From Dendrobates tinctorius (Eukaryota): a DNA stretch of 64,000 nucleotides. Below, piece by piece: positions 1 to 12,109 of the stretch (positions are counted from its first letter, which is position 1; the number at the start of each line of letters is the position of its first letter). Under the pieces are notes generated by a model that did no database searches, was not told where the DNA came from, and saw nothing but the letters and a program-made list of their open reading frames with translations. The translations under genes were made by a program, and so were the position numbers. The stretch spans positions 8,370,001 through 8,434,000 of the forward strand of contig NW_027361810.1 in assembly GCF_039654945.1 (NCBI RefSeq), read 5' to 3'.

Positions 1-571
1 TGGCATTGTGTAGACAGATCTCGTGTGCAGCTGCAGCTCCCAATGCTCAGCAGTTTGCAATAGGTGAGGATTAGACACCTGACTAGGGGGCACATACTTT
101 TGATCCCTTGGTGTGTAAGATGGCAGTGGTAGTCTAGCATGGGTTGGATAAGGGCTTGTTAAGCAGTGAAGGTCACACTTTAATAAATGACTATCATGAT
201 GGTGGATTGCACTAATGAGACCGATGCCACAGACCATGAATGACAGACAATACAACTAAGCTGGAGTCACTGATCATACAGCATCCGAATGGGGCAGAGC
301 ATAAAATCCACGTAGGATGGACAATGTTACGTTTTCTTTCCCCAATGATCCAATATTCTGTGTATGCAGCTCTTCTGCAGAACTAACGTCTCCATATTTA
401 CAGATTACAAACAAACCCTATGTAATCTGTCCCAGCAGTCATGTCACGTTGCCAAGAAGATGAGGCAGAGGAAGGGCAGTCTGTTACTCTGGAAACACAT
501 GAGTCTGCATAGGAGCTGTAAACACAAAACGGTAGTAAAATGAAGAATATGTGAAAAGTTGCTTTGTTTTA

Positions 572-1428
572 TATCTCTCTGACTGTTTCTTCACTGTATC
601 TTTTGCCGGTTCCTCCTCCTCTCACCTTCCCCTTACTGTTGGGGTTCCTCAAGGATCGGTTCTAGGCCCCCTCCTCTTCTCCTTGTACACTGCCCCTATT
701 GGTCAAACAATCAGTAGATTTGCTTTCCAGTACCATCTCTACACTGATGACACCAATTATACATCTCTACTCCTGACATCACGCCTGCACTATTACAGAT
801 ACCAGTGATTGTCTTACCGCTGTCTCTAACATCATGTACTCACTATATCTGACACTGAATCTGTCAAAAACTGATCTCCTTGTGTTTCCTCCCGCTACTA
901 ATGTACCTATGCCCGATATTGCCATTTCCGTGTGTGGTTCCACCATTACTCCCCAGCAACATGCCCGCTGTCTTGGGTTCATACTTGATTCCGAGCTTTC
1001 ATTCACCCCCCACAACCGATCACTGGCTCGCTCTTGTTATCTGCACCTCAAAAACATTTCTAGAATTTGACCTTTTCATATCTTTGACTTCATATCTTTG
1101 CAATAATTTTACTGTAACTCTTATTCTCGTCTGGACTATTGTAACTCTCTTCTAATCGGTCTCCCTCTTACCAAACTCTCCCCCCTCCAATCTGTCCTGA
1201 ATGCTGCTGCCAGGATCATATTCCACACCAGTCGTTACACCGATGCCTCTACCTTGTGCCAGTCCTTACACTGGCTACCCATCCACTCCAGAATTCAGTA
1301 TAAACTTATTACCCTCATCCACAAAGCCCTCCATGGCTCAGCACCACCCTACATCTCCTCCCTTATCTCAGCCTACCACCCTACCCATGCCCTCCATTCT
1401 GCTAATGACCTAAGACTTATATCCTTAA
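572..1428 (+). mobile_element. L2-clade LINE, 5'-truncated and decayed RT (part 1)
   Basis: Broken ORFs read [25 protein letters not shown] (YADD-like), LNLSKT, LDSELSF and LHWLPIHSRIQYK. Interrupted at TTAA 1425-1428. Confidence 0.85.
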
Positions 1429-1928
1429 AGTGCCCGTCAACAGGATTGTTCTCAGTAACTACAGTGTCATGTCAGCTCTCGTTATACTGATTACAATGAT
1501 ACCTGATGATGAAATCCGTCTTGTGGTTGTTGTTTACTTTGAAAAAAATAAATTCTGTCTCAAAATAGCACCGGCCTCACCTGCGCAGGAGCATCTATCA
1601 GCGATCCAATAGATGCCACTGTGCAGGCGCCACCGGTGCCATTTTGGTAGTAAAGGAAAAAAACTGTCTCCACCAAGATGCCGTCATGCTGCAGTGCAGG
1701 CACCGCCGCCTGCTAAATGTGATTTTTTTTTTTTTTTTTTCAGTATGTAAAATAAGGGACGAGTCAGTAAGGGATCACTGACCTGTCAAAAGCCATGCAG
1801 ATGAATATATAAGCAGAGCACCACACATAGCCCAGTCCACAGACCGCCCCGGAGCACAAACATATCATTAACTGAAACTGAAAGTACAGATTACACAACA
1901 ACCACAAGACGGATTTCATCACCACGTA

Positions 1929-3574
1929 CAGTCATATGTTAAAGTTTGCGCACCCCTATTAATGTTAGCCTTTTTTCTTTATAACAATTTTGGTTTTTGC
2001 AACAGCTATTTCAGTTTCATATATCTAATAACTGATGGACTCAGTTATATTTCTGGATTCAAATGAGGTTTATTGTACTAACAGAAAATGTGCAATCTGC
2101 ATTTAAACAAAATTTGACCGGTGCAAAAGTATGGACACCTCAACATAAAAGTGACATTAATATATTGTAGATCCTCCTTTTGCAAAAATAACAGCCTCTA
2201 GTCGCTTCCTGTAGCTATTAATGAGTTCCTGGATCCTGGATGAAGGTATTTGTGACCATTCCTGTTTACAAAATAATTCCAGTTCAGTTAAGTTTGTTGG
2301 TCGCCGAGCATGGACAGCCCGCTTCAAATCATCCCACAGATGTTCAATGATATTCAAGTCTGGGGACTGGGATGGCCATTCCAGAACATTGTAATTGTTC
2401 CTCTTCATGAATGCCTGAGTAGATTTGGAGCGGTGTTTTGGATCATTGTCTTGCTGAAATATCCTTCCCCTGCGTAACTTCAACTTCGTCACTGATTCTT
2501 GCACATTATTGTCAAGAATCTGCTGATACTGAGTTGAATCCTTGCGACCCTCAACTTTAACAAGATTCCCGGTGCCGGCATTGGCCACACAGCCCCAAAG
2601 CATGATGGAACCTCCACCAAATTCTACTGTGGGTAGCAAGTGTTTTTCTTGGAATGCTGTGTTTTTTAGCCTCCATGCATAACGCCTTTTTGTATGACCA
2701 AACAACTCAATCTTTGTTTCATCAGTCCACAGGACCTTCTTCCAAAATGTAACTGGCTTGTCCAAATGTGCTTTTGCATACCTCAGGCGACTCTGTTTGT
2801 GGCGTGCTTGCAGAAACGGCTTCTTTCGCATCACTCTCCCATACAGCTTCTCCTTGTGCAAAGTGCGCTGCATTGTTGACCGATGCACAGTGACACCATC
2901 TGCAGCAAGATGATGCTGCAGGTCTTTGGAGGTGGTCTGTGGATTGTCCTTGACTGTTCTCACCATTCTTCTTCTCTGCCTTTCTGATATTTTTCTTGGC
3001 CTGCCACTTCTGGGCTTAACAAGAACTGTACCTGTGTTCTTCCATTTCCTTACTATGCTCCTCACAGTGGAAACTGACAGGTTAAATCTCTGAGACAACT
3101 TTTTGTATCCTTCCCCTGAAAAGCGATGTTGAATAATCTTTGTTTTCAGATCATTTGAGAGTTGTTTTGAGGAGCCCATGATGCCACTCTTCATAGGAGA
3201 ATCAAATAGGAGAACTACTTGCAAGTGGCCACTTTAAATACCTTTTCTCATGATTTGATACACCTGGTTATGAAGTTCAAAGCTCAATGAGGTTACAAAA
3301 CCAATTTAGTGCTTGAGGAAGTCAGTAAAAAGTAGTTAGGAGTGTTCAAATCAAGAAAATGATAAGGGTGCCCATACTTTTGCACCTGTCAAATTTTGTT
3401 TAAATGCAGATTGCGCATTTTCTGTTAGTACAATAAACCATTTAATCCAAAAATATAACGGAGTCCATCAGTTATTAGATATATGAAACTGAAATAGCTG
3501 TTGCAAAAACCAAAATTGTTATAAAGAAAAAAGGTTAACATTAATAGGGGTGCCCAAACTTTAACATATGACTG
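1929..3574 (-). mobile_element. Full-length Tc1-family transposon (family A)
   Basis: TA TSDs at 1927-28 and 3575-76; about 210-bp terminal inverted repeats (TIRs) starting CAGTCATATGTTAAAGTTTG. Confidence 0.95.
2157..3179 (-). CDS. Tc1 transposase, 340 aa, DD34E
   Basis: Open frame from MGSSKQLS. Has [19 protein letters not shown] and SPDLNIIE with 34 residues between D and E. Confidence 0.9.
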   Translation of the reverse strand: MGSSKQLSNDLKTKIIQHRFSGEGYKKLSQRFNLSVSTVRSIVRKWKNTGTVLVKPRSGRPRKISERQRRRMVRTVKDNPQTTSKDLQHHLAADGVTVHRSTMQRTLHKEKLYGRVMRKKPFLQARHKQSRLRYAKAHLDKPVTFWKKVLWTDETKIELFGHTKRRYAWRLKNTAFQEKHLLPTVEFGGGSIMLWGCVANAGTGNLVKVEGRKDSTQYQQILDNNVQESVTKLKLRRGRIFQQDNDPKHRSKSTQAFMKRNNYNVLEWPSQSPDLNIIEHLWDDLKRAVHARRPTNLTELELFCKQEWSQIPSSRIQELINSYRKRLEAVIFAKGGSTIY

Positions 3575-3656
3575 TATCATTGCATTCAGTATAATGGCGC
3601 CGACCTGACACTGTCTGTAGTTACTGAGCACAATCCTGCTGACAGCGTCACTTTAA

Positions 3657-4180
3657 TAATCTGAACCTCCCACTCTTGTCTCCAAGATTTCCCTCATGCT
3701 GCACCAGGGTTCTGGAATGCACTACCCCAGACAATTTGAATTTTCCATTATCCACAGCTGTAAGCTTGGCATAAAAATGTTTTTCTTTAGACTGGCCTAT
3801 CACTTATCTAACTATTCCCGTTTTGCCCGTCCTAAATTTTCCCTCTCCGTAATGGCCCCTCGTATCATCTGTCTCCACACCCTTCATCACTTATTAGCCC
3901 TCTGGGTCGGTATTGTACACACACGGGTGATGTTTCGTGCAGCGTCACATGCAGACCCTAGTTAGTATATTATGGCTATATCGTACAATACAAGCACTTT
4001 TTACCATGTACCTTTCATGTCCCCCTAATTCCTCATAGATTGTAGCTCAGGGCCCTTACTCCTCTTGGTATGTGATGAATTATGTGTTACTTTGCAATGT
4101 CTAATAGTATCTGTACAAGTCCCCTCTTACAGTACAGCGCTGCAGAATATGTTGGTGCTATAGAAATGAAATTATTATAT
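3657..4180 (+). mobile_element. L2 LINE 3' end (part 2)
   Basis: Continues the frame (TSHSCLQDF.HAAP, then WNALP after a frameshift) and ends in the L2-type tail GCGCTGCAGAATATGTTGGTGCTATAGAAATGAAATTATTAT. Confidence 0.8.
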
Positions 4181-4774
4181 TAAAGTCAGATCTACCGTGT
4201 AGAACTTTATGGAAGTCGCTCTTAGTCGTTGGACACTTTATGCAGTCACAAAGCGGCAGCCGAGCCCCTGGCCGCTCTCACTTACCAGCTTGTTGAAAGG
4301 ATTGACCTTGTTTTCAACTTTGATAAAATTCTTGAACTTTGTAAAAGCTTCTTTTCTTTCCAAAAGGAAAAAAAAAACGGGAGAATTATCCATCACTTGT
4401 AATAGGGGGAAAAGGCAGTAAGGAAAGATTAGAGTCATGGTGAAATCCTCAGTCTCTACAGGGAGAATCCACAGTTGTTTCTTTATTATATTGCTTCATG
4501 ATTACTGGGATATGTCAGCAGCACAGCGGGTTTCAGCAGGAGAGGGTGCTTATCTTGCTGGAGGCAGTGACCGCTCTTCTGGTGTGACTGTGTTAGAGAG
4601 AGAAGAGCAACATGTGATAGCCTAGGAAGGAGCAGGGTCCCCATCAGCACAGAGTATTTCAGCACAGGCACTTATGTGATGTCAGTGAGAACATGACGGC
4701 ATGTGACAGATGCAATATGTGAAGCAGGTGAACTTGAGTGTTAGATCATGAAAAGATCAGGATAGCCATTAGCA

Positions 4775-5825
4775 CAGCCCATAGTCCTCACTATTGTATA
4801 ATGCATTCCCATAGTCCTCCTTATAGTATAATACACAGCCCATAGTCCTCCCTATGGTATAACACACACCTCTTAGTCATCCATATAGTATAATGCACAG
4901 CTCATAATCATCCATATAGTATAATGCACAGCCCATAGGCATCCATATAGTATAATACATCCCCATAGTCCTCCCTATAGTATAATACACAGCCCATAGT
5001 CCTCAATATTATATAATGCACAGCCTAGAGTCCTCCACATAGTATAAGCATCTCATAGTCCTCCATATAATATAATGCATCCCATAGTCCTCCATATAAT
5101 ATAATGCATCCCATAGTCCTCCATATAATATAATGCATCCCATAGTCCTCCATATAATATAATGCATCCCATAGTCCTCCATATAGTATGATGAACAGCT
5201 CATAGTATTCCATATAGTACAATGCACAGTCCATAGTCATCCATGTAGCATAATGCACAGCCCATAGGCATCCATATAGTATAATACATCCCCATAGTCC
5301 TCCCTATAGTATAAAACACAGCCCATAGTCCTCAATATTATATAATGCACAGCCTAGAGTCCTCCATATAGTATAATGAACAGCTCATAGTATTCCATAT
5401 AGTACAATGCACAGCCCATAGTCCTTCTTATAGTATAATGCATACCCCCATTGTCCTCCCTATGGTATAACACACATCTCTTAGTCATTCATATAGTATA
5501 ATGCACAGCTCATAATCATCCATATAGTATAATGCACAGCCCATAGGCATCCATATAGTATAATACATCCCCATAGTCCTCCCTATAGTATAATACACAG
5601 CCCATAGTCCTCAATATTATATAATGCACAGCCTAGAGTCCTCCATATAGTATAAGCATCCCATAGTCCTCCATATAATATAATGCATCCCATAGTCCTC
5701 CATATAGTATAATGCACAGCTCATATTATTCCATATAGTACAATGCACAGCCCATAATCATTCATGTAGCATAATGCACAGCCCATAGTAATCTATGTAG
5801 TGTAAGGCACAGCCCATAGTCATCC
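4775..5825. repeat. 29-31-bp minisatellite
   Basis: Unit CCCATAGTCCTCCATATAGTATAATGCA(CAG/T), degenerate tandem copies. Confidence 0.9.
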
Positions 5826-6619
5826 AGCAGCTCACTTCAGCTGATGTTAGCTGCTGGCCTCTGATTGGCTGGCAGCGTGTATTGTCGTGCACGGACCCGA
5901 TGGGTCTGTGCAGTGCAATACACTTCAGCTGGATGTGCGTCTGAGGATGCACAGCCATTTGAAGTTTCTGCTGCCTTTGGCGGGCCCCGGACTCGCCGGG
6001 CCCAGTCACAGCTGCGATCGCTGCTGCCACAGTTTTTACGTCTCTGTACAGTAGGGATGTGGTGAGAGCAGAGTGACGATGTGAGAAGGCTGTGATGCTT
6101 TTATCATCACAGGTCGTAAAGCCAAAAATCACTGTATCCACTGCTGCACCGTAGCGTCATGAAAGCAGATGGAGGTACATTGTGAAGCACAAGGTACCGC
6201 GACAGCGACAAGCAGTAGCTAAAAAGTCAGAACCAGTACGATTTTTAAAAACATTTTGTGGCGGTGCCATGTGGATGACAAGGGCCCCCGTTCACGTGCA
6301 TTACACTGCGATGTCGCAGCAGCGCAGAGCGATTTTTGCCCATGTGACCTGTCTTGCCATCAAAGTCACCGTCCAGCCCCAGTCCTTTTGTATATTTTGT
6401 GCAAAAAACACATTTCAAAGGGCTGACTTGGGATTTCATTTATGGGGGTCAGACATCTTCAGACCTGAAAACATATAAATAAAGGGGCCATAAAGCTCCC
6501 ACTAGACCCCTACAATGTCCAGACCTGCAGCACAGACATATGCACTTGAAAAGGCTGAGCTGCAGTACCAGACAAAGCCACATTCATTGGTATGGCGCTG
6601 TCCCAGCACGCCCTGCTCC

Positions 6620-8090
6620 TGGTGCAGAGAGCAGGAGGAGATGAATCGTGAGCCCTGTATTGTCACCATATACCCTGTAGGAACTACCGACGATCATTAG
6701 AATTCTGCCTGTGGAATAGAAGAAAGGATAACACTAAATGTTTGGCATAAAACTTATTTGAAACAATTCATTTTTTGATTAAAAAAAATTTCAATTTAAT
6801 TAAAAAATTACTGTGCAATTGTTTACAGTGTTTTTTATTTTTCTTTATCAAGCTTTTTACTGTAACATCGATACATGGAATTTGTATATAAAATGTTCCA
6901 TATGCAAATATGTAATATAAATACACAACTCAACATTGAAATTGCAACACAGCAAGAGAAATTATGGAATTAAAAATGATTGATAGACGTGCAAACGATA
7001 TGAAAATATAGAAAAAATAGAAACAAAATTACATACAGCAGATTCACCATACAATATCCCATTCAACAGTCTAAGCTATAAAATATTGATACATAAATTT
7101 CCTGTGACATTTGCTTTTTTTTTTTTTTTTTAACATAAAGCATATCTGTCATTTCAGAATTAGCTGTCACATGTACATATGGAATCACACAATTTCTCAC
7201 CATGTTTACCCTCTGCAGGTCCTAGCTTTGATTTTCAGTTGTCTATGAGCTACATGTTCTGGAGCAGCAAGAGAATGGATATCATTATACAGCAGTAATG
7301 AGCAGTGTAGCCACCATTATACAGTAGATTACTGAGCAGTGTAGCTGTAAATTCAGCACTGGTATGAGCTAAAACATTTAGTATTAAGCAGGAGACCATT
7401 ACACAGTGGATTACTGAGCGCTGTAGCTGTAAATCCAGCACTGCTATGAGAGAAACCATTTACTCCTAAGCAGGAGACCATTATACAGTAGAATACAGAG
7501 CAGTGTAGCTGTAAATCCAGCACTGGTATGAGATAAAATACTTAGACTTCAATATGCAGTAGTAGCCTGATCACTCTGTGAACTGGCAGTCTGTCTTGTT
7601 TTGTGAAAATGATAAAGAAGAATTTTATCCAGAAGCTGGAATACCATTTTTCCTGTTCACTATCAATTTATACAAAATTTGATTAAACGTCATTTTTTAC
7701 GTCAATGCCTTGGACTCATTATCAGCATAGAGAATACCTTCATGTTCTATCCTCCCTAGCAATAGCATGTTTTCTCTGCCCTCTCTGAGATGTGGATGCT
7801 TTCCACCCTCTCTACTCTGATCCGCTATTTAGAACACCTTCCTGGCCGCTATCTCTACCACAAAGAGAAGGGAAAGGGAGAGCAGAAAGAGCTTTCAGGT
7901 AGGAACAGAGCTCTGTCAAATATGAGTCAGACTATGCAGAGCAATAATATAGGTGAAGGACTTACCACACGCGCTCTCTGCAGTAGCAAAAAATGGAAGG
8001 AAATTTTTAATGAAAATGATTTTAAAGTTTAGGTTTGAAATTAGGAAACAAATTAACTATATAAGAGAATAAATGCCAAGATGTATAAAT
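6620..8090. repeat. Diverged duplicate of 20830-22380 (3' flank of the CXCR unit)
   Basis: Collinear shared blocks such as CATAAAACTTATTT, CTGTCATTTCAGAAT, CTGAGAT(G/A)TGGATGCTTTCC and TTAGGAAACAAATTAAC. An approximately 80-bp GTAGCTGTAAAT repeat is present in both. Confidence 0.85.
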
Positions 8091-10960
8091 AGTATATGAG
8101 AAAAGTGAGTACACCCCTGACATTTTTGTAAATACTTTGTAATATCTTTTCATTTGACAACAATGAAGAGCTGACACTTTGATACAATGTAAAGTAGTCG
8201 GTGTACTGCTGGTATAACAGTGTAAATATTGTGAGCCCTCTAAATAACTCAACACAGCCAGTAATGTCTAAACCTCTGGCAACAAAAGTGAGTGCACCCC
8301 TAAGTGAAAAAGGCCAAATTAGCCATTTTCCATCTTTGGTGTCATGTGACTCTTTATAGTGTTACAAGGTCTCAGGTGTGAATGGGGAGCAGGGGTGTTA
8401 CACTGGAAGTTCATCATTGCGTCTCATGGCAAAGAACTCCTAAGGATCTGAAAAAGAAAAAAAAGAATTGTTACTCTACATAAAGATGGCTGAGGCAATA
8501 AGAAAATTGCCAACACCCTGACGCTGAGCTGCAGCACGGCGGCCCAGACCATAGAGCGGTGTAACAAGACAGGGTCCACTCAGGATCGGCCTCGCCATGG
8601 ACAACCACAGAAGAAGAGTGCACGTGCTCAGCGTCATATCCAGAGGTCGTCTGGTCATAATGGACATATGAGTGCTGCCAACATTGCTGCAGTTGCTACA
8701 GGGGTGGGGGGTCTGCCTGTTAGTGCTCAGACCATACACATTGCTGCAAAGGTTACAGGGGTGGGGGGTCTGCCTGTTAGTGCTCAGACCGTACACATTG
8801 CTGCAGAGGTTACAGGGGTGGGGGGTCCGCCTGTTAGTGCTCAGACCATACACATTGCTGCAGAGGTTACAGGGGTGGGGGGTCCGCCTGTCAGTGATCA
8901 CACCATACACATTACTGCAGAGGTTACAGGGGTGGGGGGTCCGCCTATTAGTGCTCAGACCATACACATTGCTGCAGAGGCTACAGGAGTGGGGGGGTCC
9001 GCCTGTTAGTGCTTAGACCGTACACATTGCTGCAGAGGTTACAGGAGTGGGGGGTCCGCCTGGCAGTGATCACACCATACACATTGCTGCAGAGGTTACA
9101 GGAGTGGGGTTCCGCCTGTTAGTGCTCAGACCATACACATTGCTGCAGAGGTTACAGGAGTGGGGTTCCGCCTGTTAGTGCTCAGACCGTACACATTGCT
9201 GCAGAGGTTACAGGGGTGGGGGGTCCGCCTGGCAGTGATCACACCATACACATTGCTGCAGAGGTTACAGGGGTGGGGGATCCGCCTGTTAGTGCTCACA
9301 CCATACACATTGCTGCAGAGGTTACAGGGGTGGGGGGTCTGCCTGTTAGTGCTCAGACCGTACACATTGCTGCAGAGGTTACAGGGGTGGGGGGTCTGCC
9401 TGTTAGTGCTCAGACCATACACATTGCTGCAGAGGCTACAGGGGTGGGGGTCCGCCTGTTAGTGCTCAGACCGTACACATTGCTGCAGAGGTTACAGGGG
9501 TGGGGAGTCCGCCTGTTAGTGCTCAGACCGTACACATTGCTGCAGAGGTTACAGGGGTGGGGGGTTTGCCTGTTAATGCTCAGACCATACACAGTGCTGC
9601 AGAGGTTACAGGGGTGGGGGGTCCGCCTGTTAATGCTCAGACCGTATGTATTGCTGCAGAGGTTACAGAGGTGGGGGGTCTTCCTGTTAGTGCTCAGACC
9701 ATACACATTGCTGCAGAGGTTAAGGGGTGGGGGGTCCGCCTGTTAGTGCTCACACCGTACACATTGCTGCAGAGGGTACAGGGGTGGGGGGTCCACCTGG
9801 CAGTGATCACACCATACACATTGCTGCAGAGGGTACAGGGGTGGGGGGTCCGCCTGTCAGTGCTCAGACCGTACACATTGCTGCAGAGGGTACAGGGGTG
9901 GGGGGTCCGCCTGTCAGTGCTCAGACCGTACACATTGCTGCAGAGGGTACAGGGGTGGGTGATCCGCCTGGCAGTGATTAAACCGTACACATTGCTGCAG
10001 GGGTGGGGGGGTCCGCCTGTCAGTGCTCAGACTGTACACATTGCTGCAGAGGTTACAGGGGTGGGGGGTCTGCCTATCGGTGCTCAGATGATACTCCGCA
10101 CACTGCATCACATTGCTCTGCATGGCTGTCGTCCCAGAAGTAAGCCTCTTCTAAAGATGATGCACAAGAAAGCTGCAAACACTTTGCAGAAAACAATCAG
10201 ACTAAGGACATGGATTACTGGAGCCGCGTCCTGTGGTCTGATGAGACCAAAATAAACTTATTTGGTTCAGATGGTGTCAAGCGTGTGTGGCCGCACAAGG
10301 TGAGAAGCACAAAGACAAATGTGACTTGCCTACAGTCAAGCATGATGGTGGGAGTATCATGGTTTGGGGCTGTTTGTGTGCTGGCGGGTGTGGGGGGTTA
10401 CTGGTCGTTGAGGGAACTATAACAACATATACTGTCACAGACTCAAGCAGAGCGTGATCTCCACCCTTCAGAAACTGGTCCACAGGGCAGAATTCTAACA
10501 TAACGACCCCAAACACCTCCAAGACCACCACTGCCTTGTAAAGAAACTGAGGGTAAGAGTGCTAGACTGGCCAAGAATGTCTCCAGATGTAAACCTTATT
10601 GAGCATCTGTGAGGCATCCTCCAATGGAAGGTTAGGACCGCAATGTCTCCAACATCCACCAGCTCCCTGATGTCGCCATGAAGGAGGAAAGAGGACTCCA
10701 GTGGCCACCGGTGACGGTCTTGTGACCTCCATGTCCAAGAGAGATAAGGCAGAAAATAATGGTGGCCACACAAAATATTCACAATTTGGGCCATTTTCAC
10801 TTCGGGGTGTACTCACTTTTGTTGCCGTCAGAGGGCACCACATTTACACTGTTATACAAGCCATACACTGACTACTGTACATTGTATCAAAGGGTCATAT
10901 CTCAGTGTTCTATTAAAACATACAATAAAATATTTACAAAAATAGGGGTGTACTCACTAT
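8089..10960 (+). mobile_element. Decayed Tc1 transposon (family B, IR/DR type) in the 3' flank of CXCR copy 1
   Basis: Ends AAAAGTGAGTACACCCC and GGGGTGTACTCACT, with inner copies near 8284 and 10804. Transposase remnants include PHGKEL, WSDETKINLFGSDG and SPDVNLIEHL. Absent from the copy 2 flank. Confidence 0.85.
8672..10090 (+). repeat. 57-bp minisatellite (about 25 copies) derived from transposase coding sequence
   Basis: Unit AGTGCTCAGACCATACACATTGCTGCAGAGGTTACAGGGGTGGGGGGTCCGCCTGTT encodes SAQTIHIAAEVTGVGGPPV. Confidence 0.9.
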
Positions 10961-11044
10961 ACCTTAGTCTTGAAGTCCAAACTTTAATATTTTTTATCTC
11001 AAAAGCAAAGAGTGGATTAGGATCCTGAAGCTTATTAAGGACGA

Positions 11045-12094
11045 CTAGATTGTGGTAGATGTATGTGCCGATGAAGACATGACGGAGAGACTTCGCCCGT
11101 AGCTGGAAAGCCTGTCCTTGCTGATAATTCCCTTGTTGGCAAGGATAGTCAAGAAACTGTGCCGAAATTTGTGTCCTATGAATGCATAGAGGATTGGGTT
11201 AATGCAGCTGTGAGTGTAGCCCAAAACTTCGGTGATGTGCAAGGCCGTGTCCAGCTGATCTCTTCGTGAGCACGTGTCATTGACATGTCCTCTCCTCATG
11301 AGAGAGTCCACCATGACGGTGATATTGTGAGGAAGCCAGCAAATCAAGAAAACCAAAAACACGGCGAGGATGACCTTCATAGCTCGGTGCTTCTGGCTGT
11401 TTTTGGTCCTAATAAGAGTCTTAATGACGAAGCCGTAACAGAAGAGCATAATGAGCAACGGTATAAAGAACCCCATCACGTGGCGTCCAATCCTGATATT
11501 AATCATCCAGTCTGATGTTTCAGGACCCAGGTTCTCATGACAAACAATTACTCCTTTGGGTGGCAAAAACACATCTCTAAACCAAATGGTTGGAATAGAA
11601 ATACCAATTGAGATGATCCAGATGGTGATGATACTAAACGTCACCCCATACTTCTTGTTTGTGAAGAATTCGGTGGCATGGACTATTGCCAGGTACCGGT
11701 CTACGCTGATGCAAGCTAGCAAGAAGATTCCACTGTAGAAGTTGACTTCTTGGAGTACGGAGATGATTTTGCACATGACGGTGCCAAACACCCACTCTTT
11801 GACTTTGTACGTGGCCCAGAAGGGTAACGTTAAAGAAAAAAGGAGGTCGGCGACTGCCAAATTCAGCAGGTAGATGTCTGTGGACGACTTCTTCGTTTTG
11901 TTGTAACAGATGACAAGAATCACCAGGCTGTTGCCGATGACATTCAGTAAGAAAACAGTGGAATAAACAATAAAAACTGCGTATTTGTTCACAGGCGATG
12001 AAAAGGAGCATGGGATGGTGTCCGGAGATGGAATGTAGGGGTAGTCATCTGTGGAAGTGTCAAAATATCCAAAGATGTCAAAGTTTGCATTCAT
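11045..12094 (-). CDS. cxcr2: C-X-C chemokine receptor 1/2-like (IL-8 receptor-like), copy 1, 349 aa from MNANF
   Basis: 7TM class A GPCR with GNSLV, LAVADL, TLPFW, SVDRYLAIVHAT, KHRAMKVI, CWLP and HSCINPILY. The upstream MMSLCLLLRFLPPQ of the ORF track overlaps a splice acceptor. CXCR1 versus CXCR2 orthology is not resolvable by eye. Confidence 0.9.
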   Translation of the reverse strand: MNANFDIFGYFDTSTDDYPYIPSPDTIPCSFSSPVNKYAVFIVYSTVFLLNVIGNSLVILVICYNKTKKSSTDIYLLNLAVADLLFSLTLPFWATYKVKEWVFGTVMCKIISVLQEVNFYSGIFLLACISVDRYLAIVHATEFFTNKKYGVTFSIITIWIISIGISIPTIWFRDVFLPPKGVIVCHENLGPETSDWMINIRIGRHVMGFFIPLLIMLFCYGFVIKTLIRTKNSQKHRAMKVILAVFLVFLICWLPHNITVMVDSLMRRGHVNDTCSRRDQLDTALHITEVLGYTHSCINPILYAFIGHKFRHSFLTILANKGIISKDRLSSYGRSLSVMSSSAHTSTTI

Positions 12095-12109
12095 GTTTGT
12101 CACCTGAGC

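Larger units (their letters stand above)
1429..3652. mobile_element. TTAA-flanked non-autonomous DNA transposon (T2-MITE/Kolobok-like) hosting a Tc1
   Basis: Left end ttaa-AGTGCCCGTCAACAGGATTGTTCTCAGTAACTACAG is an imperfect reverse complement of right end CTGTAGTTACTGAGCACAATCCTGCTGACAGCGTCACT-ttaa. Removing it rejoins the L2 frame. Confidence 0.8.

Noticed and set aside
11285-12011. Overlapping and antisense ORFs within the CXCR coding sequence (also in copy 2)
   Set aside because: Shadow frames, conserved only because the DNA is duplicated.
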